DNA of 64,000 nucleotides, taken from the NCBI GenBank assembly GCA_052146315.1, contig JBKQNJ010000095.1:33364-97363 (forward strand), given 5' to 3'. This DNA is from Candidatus Acidiferrales bacterium. Its GTDB lineage: Bacteria > Acidobacteriota > Terriglobia > Acidiferrales > UBA7541. Of this stretch, positions 42,252 to 52,555 are shown one piece after another; the first letter of the stretch is position 1; every line of letters starts with the position of its first letter. Below the pieces are notes generated by a model. That model searched no databases and was not told the DNA's origin. It saw only the letters and a program-made list of their open reading frames with translations. Made by a program: the position numbers and the translations under genes.

Positions 42252-44699
42252 CTAGTCGAATTTGTGCAGGGTCGAGGCCATGCGGCTGAGGCGGGCGTCG
42301 ACTTTCGCGAAGACGCTGCCGGGCTCAAATTTTCCCGATGCGGTGCGAGCGCCGGCGCGGACACCTGTGAGAATCTCGATCCCTTGCGGAATCGTCGCGA
42401 CGGGATAGATGTGGAAGCGGCCTTCGGCGACTGCTTCGATCACTTCGTCGCGCAGCATGAGATCGTCGACATTTTCCGCCGGAATGAGCGCGCCCTGCTT
42501 GCCGGTCAGCCCTTTCAGCCGGCACACGTCGTAGAATCCCTCGATTTTTTCGTTCACGCCGCCGATCGGCTGAATCTCGCCCTGCTGGTTGACGGAACCC
42601 GTGACGGCGAGTTCCTGGCGAATCGGCAGCTCCGAAAGCGCGGAGAGGATCGCGTAAATTTCGGTTGAGCTCGCGCTATCGCCGTCGACGCCGGAATACG
42701 ATTGCTCGAAGCACACGCTCGCCGAAAGAGAAAGGGGCTTATCTTGCGCGAAGGTGTGGCGCAAGTAGCCGGAGATGATCTGCACGCCTTTGTCGTGGAA
42801 GCGGCCGCTGAGATTCGATTCGCGCTCGACATTGATGATGCCGCTCTTTCCCAATGCGACCGAGGCTGAAATGCGCACGGGCTTGCCGAAAGCGTAGCCG
42901 CCGATTTCCATCACGCTCAGGCCGTTGAGCTGGCCCACGCGCCCGCCGGTAGTATCGATGAAGACGAGATTCTGCTCGATCATTTCGCGGATTTTCGTTT
43001 CGAGCAGGTTGTGCCGCTCGATTTTGGCGTCGAGAGCCTGGCGCACGTGTCCGGCGGTGACGATTTTGTTGCCGTTGTGGCGTGCGGCGTAGCAGGACTC
43101 GCGGGCGAGGTCAGCGAGATCGAAAAAGCGCGTGGTGATCTTGCCGCGGCGTCCGGCCAGGCGGACGCCGTGCTCGAGGATCGAGGCGACGGCGGAGCGG
43201 TCGAACTGGAGAAGCTTTTCGTCGTCGGCAAGCTTCCGCAGGCGGCCGCCATACTGGCGAAAAACCTCGTCGCTCCAGTTCATCTCCTCGTCGAATTCGA
43301 CGCGGACCTTGAAAATCTTTTTGAAATCGTCCTCGAAATCGTAGAGCAGCTCGTACATGTTGCGATCGCCGATCAGAATCACTTTCACGTGGACGTCGAT
43401 CGGCTCGGGCTTGAGCGAGGCGGCGCTGAAAGGAAAGAAGGTGTCGACGGGCTGAATTTCGAGCTTGCCGTGGTTGAGCGTGCGCTTCAGCGTGCGCCAG
43501 ACGCCCGCTTCCGTCAGCGTGTCGAGCGTGTACATCACGAGGAAGCCGCCGTCGGCGCGCAAGAGAGAGCCACCGCGCAAGTCCATGAAATCGGAGTTCC
43601 ATCCGCCGCGCGTGTCGTAGCTGCGATGCACCGTGCCGAAGACATTCGCATATGTGGGAATCGTCTCGAAAATCACAGGGCACTTTTCCTGCTCGCCGTG
43701 CGCGAGGATCACATTCACGCCGTAGACGCGAAAAGGATCGCGATCGGAGCGTTCCGGGCGCGGCGCTCCGCCTCCCTCGGAGGGCGGCTGTTCGTCCTCG
43801 CCTTCGCGCTCCTTGAATGGATCGAGATTATCGAGAATGTGATGGCGGACTTCTTCGAGATACTCAGAGATTTGCGTGCTGGGATATTTTTCCTTGAGTT
43901 CCTCGATCACGCCATCCACCAGGACGGAAGCGGCTTCCTGCTCGAGGTAGCTCATTTCGCTCGCAAGTTCGCGCGAGAGCGAGAGCGTGCGCCGGTAGAC
44001 GACGGTGAATTCTTGGCGGAACTGATCGTACTTGCGCTCGAGCTCCTCGGCGGCGGCGCTTTCAAGTTTTCCTTCCGTGACCATTTTCGGGATTTCCTCG
44101 ATGGGCACCATCTGCCCGTCGAGAACGGGGAAAATTTCGGGCAGCGCGACCGCGCCCACCTGCATGCGCCCGAGCGCGAACTGGTCGCGGGCGATGCGGC
44201 GCGTGAAATCGTCCATCAATTCCTTTTCGCGGAGCGTGAATCGCTCGACGATGCGCGTTTTCTGGCGCTGGAAGGGCTCGCCTTCGAAGACCTGCGGGAT
44301 GCGGCGGCGCAGGAAGTCGATTCCCGATTCGACTTCCTTGCGGAAGGCGTTGGCCTGGCCGCGAGGCAGCGTGAGCAGGCGCGGCCGGTCGGAATTCTTG
44401 AAATTGTTCACGTAGCAGCGGTCGGGCGCGGGCTCCGTTTGCGGATGCATCTCCTCGATCATGCGCACGATCATGCCGCCGCGGCTGGTGCCGGAAAGGC
44501 CGCAGACGAAGAGGTTGTAGCCGGAGGCGGTCAGCTCGACGCCCATGCGCAGGGCACGCAGCGCGCGGTCCTGCCCGAGGTCGTTCGAGGCGGGCTCGAT
44601 GTCGGCCGTGGTTTCGAAGGGAATGCGGGCCGGATCGCAGCGCCAGCGCAATTTTTCCGGCGGCAAACCCGAGTGATTCGGCTTGGAGTTTTTGGCCAT
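42252..44699 (-). CDS. Lon-like S16 protease with an inserted helical domain and degenerate AAA+ motifs (LonC-like)
   Basis: The C-terminal protease domain has GVDGDSASSTEIYAILSAL (catalytic Ser) and GGVNEKIEGF (Lys). The expected Walker A reads CGLSGTSRGGM, with no GK[ST]. Confidence 0.8.
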   Translation of the reverse strand: MAKNSKPNHSGLPPEKLRWRCDPARIPFETTADIEPASNDLGQDRALRALRMGVELTASGYNLFVCGLSGTSRGGMIVRMIEEMHPQTEPAPDRCYVNNFKNSDRPRLLTLPRGQANAFRKEVESGIDFLRRRIPQVFEGEPFQRQKTRIVERFTLREKELMDDFTRRIARDQFALGRMQVGAVALPEIFPVLDGQMVPIEEIPKMVTEGKLESAAAEELERKYDQFRQEFTVVYRRTLSLSRELASEMSYLEQEAASVLVDGVIEELKEKYPSTQISEYLEEVRHHILDNLDPFKEREGEDEQPPSEGGGAPRPERSDRDPFRVYGVNVILAHGEQEKCPVIFETIPTYANVFGTVHRSYDTRGGWNSDFMDLRGGSLLRADGGFLVMYTLDTLTEAGVWRTLKRTLNHGKLEIQPVDTFFPFSAASLKPEPIDVHVKVILIGDRNMYELLYDFEDDFKKIFKVRVEFDEEMNWSDEVFRQYGGRLRKLADDEKLLQFDRSAVASILEHGVRLAGRRGKITTRFFDLADLARESCYAARHNGNKIVTAGHVRQALDAKIERHNLLETKIREMIEQNLVFIDTTGGRVGQLNGLSVMEIGGYAFGKPVRISASVALGKSGIINVERESNLSGRFHDKGVQIISGYLRHTFAQDKPLSLSASVCFEQSYSGVDGDSASSTEIYAILSALSELPIRQELAVTGSVNQQGEIQPIGGVNEKIEGFYDVCRLKGLTGKQGALIPAENVDDLMLRDEVIEAVAEGRFHIYPVATIPQGIEILTGVRAGARTASGKFEPGSVFAKVDARLSRMASTLHKFD

Positions 44700-44728
44700 T
44701 CAGTCGACCGCGGACTCTTCGAGGGCCG

Positions 44729-45928
44729 CTACTCTAACACGGCCTTCCTTTCCTTCCCACCCGGCTTCGAGCGATTGTTTCCATCCGGCCCGCGCGGAGC
44801 GTAGAGATCGAGAAGGCTCGCGGTAGTTGCTACGATGATCGGCCCGAGCACGACGCCCAGCAGCCCGAACACGCTGATTCCGCCAAGCACGCTGATGAAA
44901 ACCAGGAGCCCGCCCATCTGGGCGCGCCCGCTGATCAGCCACGGCCGCATGACATTGTCCACCATGCTGACGATGAGAATGCAGAAAATCGCGAGGAAGA
45001 TTCCGCGGCCGAGGTGGCCTCCGACCATCAGGCTAATCGCTGCCGGGACCCAGACAATCGCGGAACCCACGACCGGTATGAACGAACAGAAACCCATCAT
45101 GACGCCCCAGAAAAGCGGCGCTTCAATTCCCGTCACGGCAAAGGCAAATCCGCCGAGGACCGCGTGCACAACGGCGGACGCCAGGCTGGAGGTCACACTC
45201 GCGAAAATGAGCTCTTTGGCGTCGCTGAGCATTCGGTCGCCCGGACCAGATTCGAAGGGAAGAACTTGCCGGAGGCGCTCGACCATGGCGTCACCGTCGC
45301 GAAACAGATAGAAGACGGCGAGTATCGTCACTGCAAGGTGAAAGAAAAAGAGGGCGGTGTTCTTGAGGATCGTGCCAAGCCTCGCCGCGCCGAATTCCGC
45401 CGCCTGCGCGGTGTAACGATGGGCCGCGGCGGTGACATCCTCCGCGCCGATGCTGGGAAAGCGATCCTGGAGACGGCTCCACGCGCCCGACAGCCACGCG
45501 AGATGGCCGGTTGCGACCGAGAACTGAATCGAGTGCGCGGCCTCGACGCCCTGACGGACAAATTCGATCATCACCAGCACGGAGGGCACGATCAAGATGA
45601 GCGTGACGCCGAGTGTGCAGACCAGAGCTGCGCTGGTTGGATGCATGCGGCGCGTGAGCCACTCGTAAGCCGGGTAGGAGACCACCACGAGCACGGCTGC
45701 CCACGCGAGCGCCACGAGGAAAGGCGCGAAGATCAGATAGACGAAATAGGCGAGCAGCAGGGCGAGACCGTAAAAGAGGAGTCCGCCGACTCGCTTCTGC
45801 AGCGTAGTTTCCGCGCTCAAAGAACCCCTCTTTCCGAATGTGAAGAATGACTGATAGTGGCAATCTGCTAGTTTGTCAACTCCGAACGATCCGGGTCGTT
45901 TGACCGGGGGGTAGATTTGATCGCCCAA
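44729..45928 (-). CDS. AI-2E family transporter (PerM/UPF0118)
   Basis: Multi-pass membrane protein. FIPVVGSAIVWVPAAI and SVLGGISVFGLLGVVLGPI are typical of the family. Confidence 0.85.
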   Translation of the reverse strand: MGDQIYPPVKRPGSFGVDKLADCHYQSFFTFGKRGSLSAETTLQKRVGGLLFYGLALLLAYFVYLIFAPFLVALAWAAVLVVVSYPAYEWLTRRMHPTSAALVCTLGVTLILIVPSVLVMIEFVRQGVEAAHSIQFSVATGHLAWLSGAWSRLQDRFPSIGAEDVTAAAHRYTAQAAEFGAARLGTILKNTALFFFHLAVTILAVFYLFRDGDAMVERLRQVLPFESGPGDRMLSDAKELIFASVTSSLASAVVHAVLGGFAFAVTGIEAPLFWGVMMGFCSFIPVVGSAIVWVPAAISLMVGGHLGRGIFLAIFCILIVSMVDNVMRPWLISGRAQMGGLLVFISVLGGISVFGLLGVVLGPIIVATTASLLDLYAPRGPDGNNRSKPGGKERKAVLE

Positions 45929-45934
45929 CTAAAC

Positions 45935-46025
45935 ACAGAGCTCACAGAGAAGGCACTGAGTACACAGAGAAACGTCGACTATTTCTCTGTGCCCTCTTGA
46001 TTCGCTCTGTGTTCTCTGTGTTGAG
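45935..46025. repeat. cluster of CACAGAG / CTCTGTG short repeats forming an imperfect palindrome
   Basis: cacagagctcacagagaaggcactgagtacacagagaaacg...tttctctgtgccctcttgattcgctctgtgttctctgtg. Same family as 996-1024, 2208-2236 and 2346-2369. Confidence 0.6.
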
Positions 46026-46072
46026 GCACCCCTCTACCCTGACCCGCAGTGGCCTCCTGAATCGCTGATGCA

Positions 46073-46327
46073 ATGCGCGCGCGACTTGGCCAAATGACAC
46101 TACTGCCCGATCCGGTATGGGACGGGCCGATGCTATACTTCCGGCAGGTTTCGACGACGATGGCCGCCACTCCGAATCCCGCCTGCAAACACAAGCGCAC
46201 CCAGCTGATCGCGAAAGACAGCGACGCGCAATACGTGGAATGCCTCGAGTGCGGGGAGATTCTGGAGGCGGGGGAGATCGAAAAGAAGGAAGCCGCCGGC
46301 TTCGACGAATCGCTCTCCGACGCGTGA
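46073..46327 (+). CDS. small hypothetical protein, possible zinc-ribbon (start uncertain; the ATG at 46160 gives 55 aa)
   Basis: ...ACKHKRTQLIAKDSDAQYVECLECGEIL... Short and without a strong RBS. Confidence 0.3.
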   Translation: MRARLGQMTLLPDPVWDGPMLYFRQVSTTMAATPNPACKHKRTQLIAKDSDAQYVECLECGEILEAGEIEKKEAAGFDESLSDA

Positions 46328-46406
46328 GTATACGTAGTTTCCGCAATCGTTATCCGTAGGGATTTAGGTTACATTCTGCGGCTCAAGGCTCCAGCCTTGT
46401 CCCGGA

Positions 46407-47957
46407 ATGCTCTTCAAGACCTTCAGCGCGGCTGTTTTCGGAATCGACGCCTACCTGGTGGAGGTTGAGGTGGACGTGACGCAGGCCTATGAATTCAGCT
46501 TCAACGTTGTCGGCCTGCCGGACAACGCCGTGAAGGAAAGCCGGGAGCGCATCAAATCCGCGGTGCGAAACTGCGGCTTCGATTTCCCATTCAAGCATGC
46601 GGTCACCGTGAATCTCGCGCCCGCCGATATTCGCAAGGAGGGCTCGGCGTTCGATCTGCCAATGGCCCTGGGGGTTCTCGGCTGCCAGGGCACGTTTTTC
46701 GGCAAAATCCTCGACGACTACGTTTTCCTTGGCGAGCTGTCGCTCGACGGCAGCGTGCGTTCGGTGCGCGGGGCGCTTTCGGCGGCGCTGGCGGCGCGCG
46801 AACGCGGGATACGCAAAGTCGTGGTACCCGAAGCGAACGCGCGCGAGGCCGCGGTCGTCGAAGGCATACAGGTGTTTCCAGTGAAATCGCTGCCGCAGGC
46901 GGCCGACCTGATCAACGCGCCGGAGTCGTTTCGCCCGGTTGCCGTCGATACATCCGCGATGCTCGCGGAAGCGAGTCAGTACGCGGTAGATCTGCGGGAC
47001 GTTCGCGGACAGATGGCCGCCAAGCGCGCGCTCGAAGTGGCCTGCGCCGGAAGCCACAACATCCTTTTCATCGGCCCGCCGGGCGCGGGCAAGACGATGC
47101 TCGCAAAGCGCATCCCGACGATCCTGCCGCCGATGTCGCTCGACGAAGCCATCGAGACAACGCGCATTCACAGCGTTGCGGGGCTGCTCGAGGATGCGCG
47201 CGGTCTGGTCGGCACGCGGCCGTTCCGGTCGCCGCACCACACGATCAGCGACGCGGGCCTGATCGGCGGCGGGGCGATCCCGCGGCCCGGCGAAGTGTCG
47301 CTTGGGCACAACGGCGTCCTCTTTCTCGACGAGCTGCCGGAGTTCCAGCGCAACGTGCTCGAGGTGATGCGGCAGCCGCTCGAGGACGGGTGCGTGACGA
47401 TCGCGCGCGCCGCGCTATCCGTCAGCTTCCCTTCGCGTTTCATGCTGGCGGCGGCGATGAACCCGTGCCCCTGTGGTTTTTTCGGCGACGCCACCCGCGA
47501 CTGCCACTGCTCGCCGCCGCAGATTCAGCGCTACGTTTCGAAGATTTCCGGGCCGCTGCTGGATCGCATCGACATTCACATCGAGGTGCCGGCGGTGAAG
47601 TACAAGGAGCTGCGCGGCAACGTCGAGATCGAAAGCTCCGCGAGCGTGCGGGAACGCGTTCTCCGAGGGCGGCAGATCCAGCTCGAACGTTACCGCGAGG
47701 AGAAGAAGCTCTATGCAAACGCGCAGATGCCGCCCAAGCTGATCCGAAAGCACTGCGCGATCAGCGCCGATGGCGAGAAACTGCTGGAGTCTGCGATTGC
47801 CCGGTTGGGGCTCTCGGCGCGCGCCCATGACCGGATCCTCAAGGTGTCGCGGACGATCGCGGATCTCGAGGCGGCGGCGTCCATCGAACCCAAACACCTG
47901 AGCGAGGCGATCCAGTACCGCACCCTCGACCGGACTTATTGGAGCTCTTCTACATGA
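46407..47957 (+). CDS. comM: YifB/ComM family Mg-chelatase-like AAA+ ATPase
   Basis: N-terminal Lon-protease-like domain ([14 protein letters not shown]), DLRDVRGQ, Walker [23 protein letters not shown], and the Zn motif NPCPCG...C.C. Confidence 0.9.
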   Translation: MLFKTFSAAVFGIDAYLVEVEVDVTQAYEFSFNVVGLPDNAVKESRERIKSAVRNCGFDFPFKHAVTVNLAPADIRKEGSAFDLPMALGVLGCQGTFFGKILDDYVFLGELSLDGSVRSVRGALSAALAARERGIRKVVVPEANAREAAVVEGIQVFPVKSLPQAADLINAPESFRPVAVDTSAMLAEASQYAVDLRDVRGQMAAKRALEVACAGSHNILFIGPPGAGKTMLAKRIPTILPPMSLDEAIETTRIHSVAGLLEDARGLVGTRPFRSPHHTISDAGLIGGGAIPRPGEVSLGHNGVLFLDELPEFQRNVLEVMRQPLEDGCVTIARAALSVSFPSRFMLAAAMNPCPCGFFGDATRDCHCSPPQIQRYVSKISGPLLDRIDIHIEVPAVKYKELRGNVEIESSASVRERVLRGRQIQLERYREEKKLYANAQMPPKLIRKHCAISADGEKLLESAIARLGLSARAHDRILKVSRTIADLEAAASIEPKHLSEAIQYRTLDRTYWSSST

Positions 47958-48054
47958 TTTCCCTCCCCTTTCTAGTACCGGACCGCGATTGACGGCTCTG
48001 CTGACGGTGTGATACCCATAGGACCGTCATCGATTGGGCATTTCTAAGGACCGT

Positions 48055-48504
48055 ATGGCGACCAAGGCATCGAAGCTCGAAGTGACGCTGGATACGTTGC
48101 TCGAAAGCGTGGACTTGGCCGAAAACATCGTGCAGCGCGTGGCCGAGGCCGCCGGCTTCAGCGAAGAGGATGTCCACAAGTTCGGGATGGCGGTGCGCGA
48201 GGGTGTGATCAACGCCTATAACTACGGCAACCACCAGGACCGCACGAAGAAGATTCGCCTGTCCGTGGAATTCGAGCCCGACCGGATGATCGTCCACGTC
48301 TGCGACGAAGGGCAGGGCTTTGAACTTACCGATGTCCCCGATCCCCTCGCCGAGGAAAATCTCCTGCGAACGTCAGGACGCGGGTTGTTCCTCATGAAGG
48401 CGTTTATGGACGATTTCATCGTCCAGCGCGGAGCCTGCGGGGGGGCCGAGCTCGTGATGATCAAGAAGCTCCCGGCGCGCGTAGCGGGCAACGGCGCCCG
48501 CTAG
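48055..48504 (+). CDS. anti-sigma-factor-type Ser/Thr kinase-like ATP-binding protein (RsbW/SpoIIAB family, HATPase_c_2)
   Basis: REGVINAYNYGNH (N-box), VCDEGQGF (G1), GRGLFLMKAFMD (G2). No STAS partner is adjacent. Confidence 0.7.
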   Translation: MATKASKLEVTLDTLLESVDLAENIVQRVAEAAGFSEEDVHKFGMAVREGVINAYNYGNHQDRTKKIRLSVEFEPDRMIVHVCDEGQGFELTDVPDPLAEENLLRTSGRGLFLMKAFMDDFIVQRGACGGAELVMIKKLPARVAGNGAR

Positions 48505-48653
48505 CTTGCTTTTTTGGGGGCTTTCTCCTAGCGAATGCGTTCCTGAAGGATGGTCGCAAGCGCTGGATGTGTGCCGGTGCGGGGGCCATAGACCCTTCGT
48601 CTGAGGCTTTGTGATACGATATGAGTATCTGAAATTCAGGGCGGAGCCAAGAT

Positions 48654-49367
48654 TTGCCACAGCATATCCCTCGAAAGCAGCTCAAGAAAGATGAAGTGCG
48701 CGAAACGCTCGCGCACGGTGCCGATGCCGTTCTTTCTCACCAGAAGTTCACCGTCTACCTTCTGATCGTCGCGGTGATTGTTGCCGTCGGCGTTTTCGGC
48801 TGGAAGACATACACCGAGCGGCAGACGGTGAAGGCTTCGGCCGGGTTCGACAGCGCGATGAAAGTTTTCCAGTCGCCCGTAGGAACGCCGCCGACGCCGG
48901 GCGAGACGTCCTACTCGAGCGACAATCAGAAATTCACGGCCGCCGCGCAGCAATTCTCGGACGTTGCATCGAAATATCCACGAACGCACGCAGGCCAGCT
49001 CGCGCGCTACTATGCCGCGCTGAGTTATGAAAAACTCGACAAAACCGCGGATGCCAAGAAGTCGCTGCAGGAACTCTCGAGCAGCAGCGATCAGGAAGTG
49101 GCCGCGCTGGCGCAGCTCGAACTCGCGGGCATCGACGACCGCACGGGCCAGGACGCCGAGGCCGTGAAACTCTATGAAGGCTTGATCGCCAAGCCGAGCG
49201 TGCTCGTGCCGAAGCCGGTCGCCATGATGGCGCTTGCCGAACACTACAGCCAGAAGGATCCTTCCGCGGCGGCGAAACTCTACGCGCAAATCAAAGCGGA
49301 TTACCCCGATACACCGATCGCCGAACGCGCCGATCAGGCGCTCGCGCTGCTCGGCAGCAAATCCTGA
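48654..49367 (+). CDS. membrane-anchored TPR protein (YfgM-like)
   Basis: TTG start, a single TM (VYLLIVAVIVAVGVFGW), then helical TPR-like repeats (A.L.LA......G...EA..LYE.L). Confidence 0.6.
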   Translation: MPQHIPRKQLKKDEVRETLAHGADAVLSHQKFTVYLLIVAVIVAVGVFGWKTYTERQTVKASAGFDSAMKVFQSPVGTPPTPGETSYSSDNQKFTAAAQQFSDVASKYPRTHAGQLARYYAALSYEKLDKTADAKKSLQELSSSSDQEVAALAQLELAGIDDRTGQDAEAVKLYEGLIAKPSVLVPKPVAMMALAEHYSQKDPSAAAKLYAQIKADYPDTPIAERADQALALLGSKS

Positions 49368-49423
49368 CCCATAGCCGCTTGCCCGGCGGTGACGGCTAGC
49401 CCGGCGCACTCCGATACATTAAA

Positions 49424-50587
49424 ATGAGCACGATGCCGCTGGCACCCTACGCAATGGACGTGCGGCGGTCGCAAGGCCGGCGCTACCCGGAACCGCAGCA
49501 CCCCTACCGAAACGACTACGCGCGCGATCGCGACCGCGTGATCCACTCGCGCGCGTTTCGCCGCCTCGAAGCGAAGACGCAGGTTTTCACCATGCGTTTC
49601 TCCGATCATTTTCGCAACCGGCTCACCCACACGATCGAAGTGTCCCAGATCGCACGCACAGTGGCGGGTGCGCTTGATCTCAATACCGACCTGGTCGAGG
49701 CGCTCGCGCTGGTCCACGATATCGGGCATCCGCCATTCGGCCACGCAGGTGAACGCCGGCTCGATACGCGCATGCGCGAGCATGGAGACCGCTTCGATCA
49801 CAATCTCCACGCGTTGCGGATCATCGAGCAGTTCGAGCAGCGCTACCTCGATTTTCCCGGACTGAACCTGACCTTCGAAGTGCGCGAGGGAATCATCAAA
49901 CATTCGCGCGACTATTCCGCGGCGGAATTTCCGGCGCTCGCCGAGTATCTTCTCGACGAGAAGCCGCCGCTCGAAGCGCAGCTGATCGATCTGGTGGATG
50001 AAATCGCGTACAACACGGCCGATCTCGACGATGGTTTCGAGGCGCGCCTCCTCGATTTCGAGCAGTTGCGCGCGGAAGTTCCCGTATTCGACGCGGCTTA
50101 CGTGGATGTGGAGCGGCGCCATCCGAACGGGCTGCGGAAGTTGAAATTCAATGAAGCGCTGAAACACATCCTCGATCGCCTCGCGACTGATCTCATCGAC
50201 AACACGCGCAGCCAGGTAGAGGCAAGCGGCGTCCGGAACGTGGAGGACCTGCGGCGCCACGCGAACCGCCTGGCGGGCTTCTCATCCGATGTAGCCCGGC
50301 AGAACGCCGGCCTGAAGCAGTTTCTCAACGCGCGCGTCTATTCCCATCCGGCCATTTCCGAGGAGCGCGACCGTTCCGTGGCCGCGCTGGATGCGCTCTT
50401 CCGCTTTTTCCTCGATCATCCCGATCGTATGCCGAAACACTATGCCGAATTGGCTCAGAACGAGCCGCGCCACCTGGTGGTGTGCGATTACATTGCCGGG
50501 ATGACGGACCATTTCCTATTGCGCCAGTGCCAGGAGATGCTCGGCGCGCCCGTGTCGCGCGTCTCAGCGTCGGGATCAGCGGAGTAA
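49424..50587 (+). CDS. dgt: dGTP triphosphohydrolase-like HD-domain protein
   Basis: DRDRVIHSRAFRRLE.KTQVF, RNRLTHTIEVSQIAR, LVHDIGHPPFGH, DIAYNTADLDD. Confidence 0.85.
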   Translation: MSTMPLAPYAMDVRRSQGRRYPEPQHPYRNDYARDRDRVIHSRAFRRLEAKTQVFTMRFSDHFRNRLTHTIEVSQIARTVAGALDLNTDLVEALALVHDIGHPPFGHAGERRLDTRMREHGDRFDHNLHALRIIEQFEQRYLDFPGLNLTFEVREGIIKHSRDYSAAEFPALAEYLLDEKPPLEAQLIDLVDEIAYNTADLDDGFEARLLDFEQLRAEVPVFDAAYVDVERRHPNGLRKLKFNEALKHILDRLATDLIDNTRSQVEASGVRNVEDLRRHANRLAGFSSDVARQNAGLKQFLNARVYSHPAISEERDRSVAALDALFRFFLDHPDRMPKHYAELAQNEPRHLVVCDYIAGMTDHFLLRQCQEMLGAPVSRVSASGSAE

Positions 50588-50687
50588 CTTGCGCGTATCC
50601 TCTCCGAACGTTTGCGCGGGGCTTCCTTGACACCGTTTCCAAGCGACATATAATGAGGTCTAAAGCTCAGCGTTTTGGGGAAATCTC

Positions 50688-51221
50688 ATGTTTCTGGATG
50701 TGAAAGAACTGGCAGTCCGAAAGACGCGCATCCGGAAAAGCTACGCTCCCGGAACCATCGATTTTCATTCCGGCGAATTCCGGCAGGTCGAACCCCTGGA
50801 AGTGCGTGCAACGGCGGAACTTATCGAAGGCCAGATCCGCGTCTACGGCAACCTGCACACGAGAATCGAGCTGGTCTGCGCGCGTTGCCTCGACACGGTG
50901 ATCGAGGAGATCAGCCGCGACTTCGATCTCTTCTACCGTCCCATGACCTCGATCGCTCAGGACGATGAAGTGCGCCTGGCGCTGGGTGACACCGAGATCG
51001 CCTTCTTCGAAGGCGACGGCCTATTCCTGGCGGACGTTCTGGCCGAGCAGGTGAACCTCGCGCTGCCCATGAAGGTGATCTGCTCGAGCGATTGCCGCGG
51101 GCTTTGCCCCCACTGCGGCGCAAACCTCAACAACGAAGAATGCCGCTGCGAGAAAAACGGCAGCGATCCCAGGCTTGCCCCGCTCGCGCGCCTGAAGCAG
51201 GACTGGTTCAAGAAGCAATAA
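50688..51221 (+). CDS. yceD: YceD/DUF177 family ribosome-maturation protein
   Basis: CARCL ... C..DC.GLCPHCGANLN...C.C Cys cluster. It occupies the conserved position upstream of rpmF. Confidence 0.8.
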   Translation: MFLDVKELAVRKTRIRKSYAPGTIDFHSGEFRQVEPLEVRATAELIEGQIRVYGNLHTRIELVCARCLDTVIEEISRDFDLFYRPMTSIAQDDEVRLALGDTEIAFFEGDGLFLADVLAEQVNLALPMKVICSSDCRGLCPHCGANLNNEECRCEKNGSDPRLAPLARLKQDWFKKQ

Positions 51222-51283
51222 GACGCTACACTATCCTATTCCATACAGGCTGCTGTGAGTCGACGCCTGTCACGAGGAGCAGA

Positions 51284-51472
51284 ATGCCCAATCCAAAGCG
51301 ACGCCATTCGAAAAGGCGCACCTCCACACGGCGTGCACACGATCATCTACATGCGTTTTCCCTGGCCGAATGCCCGAATTGCCATGAAAAGAAGCTGCCT
51401 CACCGGGCGTGTCCCAAGTGCGGCCACTATAAAGGCCGCGAAGTGATTGACACTTCGGCCAAGACGGCCTAA
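51284..51472 (+). CDS. rpmF: 50S ribosomal protein L32
   Basis: [22 protein letters not shown] ... [25 protein letters not shown]. Confidence 0.9.
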   Translation: MPNPKRRHSKRRTSTRRAHDHLHAFSLAECPNCHEKKLPHRACPKCGHYKGREVIDTSAKTA

Positions 51473-51516
51473 GTTTTCCCCGCCGGGCCGTCTGCAAGGT
51501 GCTCCCTGGAGCAAAG

Positions 51517-52533
51517 ATGATAACCATCGCTCTCGATGCCATGGGTGGAGACCATGCGCCACGCGCAGAGGTCGAAGGCGCGATTCTGGCCGCGCGCGAA
51601 CTGGGAGTGCGCGTGTTGCTGGTCGGCGTCGAAGAGACGGTCCGCCAGGAGCTGGCGCGCCACAAGCTCCGCGACCTGCCCATCGAGGTGGTGAACGCCA
51701 CCGACGTCATCACGATGACCGATTCACCCTCCCACGCTTTTCGCCGCAAGAAAGAAAGCTCGCTGCATGTGGCGACGCGACTTGTCCGCGATGGGAAGGC
51801 CGACGCGCTCGTCAGCGCAGGCAATACGGGTGCGGTGATGACGGTAGCGCGATTCGTCCTCGGTACGCTGCCTTCGGTCGATCGCCCCGCTCTGGCCGCG
51901 GCTTTCCCGAACATGAAGGAAAAAGTTTCGATCATTCTCGACGTCGGCGCGAACGTCGATTCGAAGCCCGAACAGATCGAGCAGTTCGCCGTGATGGGCG
52001 AAATCTATTACCGCACTATCTGGGGTGTGAAGCGGCCCCGCGTGGCGCTCCTTTCGATCGGCGAAGAAGAGATGAAGGGCAACGAACTCACGCGTGAGGC
52101 AGGCGCTTTGCTGAGGCAGACATCCCTGAATTTTACGGGCAACGTCGAGGGCCGCGACGTCTTTCGAGGCAACGTGGAAGTGGTGGTATGCGACGGCTTC
52201 ATTGGCAATATCGCGCTCAAGATCAGCGAAGGCGTGGTCGAGCACATCGGCGGCATGCTGAAGAAAGCGATCAAGAGCAGCCTCAGATCGCAGCTGGGCT
52301 ACGCGCTCTCGAAGCGCGCCTTTGACGATTTCCGAAAGCGCACGGACTATTCCGAATACGGCGGCGCGCCGCTGCTCGGCGTCAAGGGCATCACCGTGAT
52401 CGGCCACGGCCGGTCGAATCCCAACGCGGTGAAGAACGCCATTCGTGTGGCGGCGGAACTATGCCGCGCGCGCGTCAACGAGAAAATCGAACAGGAGCTT
52501 TCCGCTGCCGCCGCCATCCTGGCGCGCGGCTGA
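51517..52533 (+). CDS. plsX: phosphate acyltransferase PlsX
   Basis: [25 protein letters not shown], and FTGNVEGRD...G..DVVVCDGF.GN. GGAG precedes the ATG at 51517. Confidence 0.9.
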   Translation: MITIALDAMGGDHAPRAEVEGAILAARELGVRVLLVGVEETVRQELARHKLRDLPIEVVNATDVITMTDSPSHAFRRKKESSLHVATRLVRDGKADALVSAGNTGAVMTVARFVLGTLPSVDRPALAAAFPNMKEKVSIILDVGANVDSKPEQIEQFAVMGEIYYRTIWGVKRPRVALLSIGEEEMKGNELTREAGALLRQTSLNFTGNVEGRDVFRGNVEVVVCDGFIGNIALKISEGVVEHIGGMLKKAIKSSLRSQLGYALSKRAFDDFRKRTDYSEYGGAPLLGVKGITVIGHGRSNPNAVKNAIRVAAELCRARVNEKIEQELSAAAAILARG

Positions 52534-52555
52534 ACGAGCGGAAAACGCAACCGTC

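Noticed and set aside
43011-44804. 597-aa plus-strand ORF
   Set aside because: It is an antisense shadow of the Lon-like protease gene. It is repetitive and Ala/Arg/Glu-rich with no recognisable domain.
48055-48504. RsbW-like kinase as part of a partner-switching module
   Set aside because: No STAS-domain antagonist, PP2C phosphatase or sigma factor gene is adjacent. The gene appears orphan here, so I make no system-level claim.
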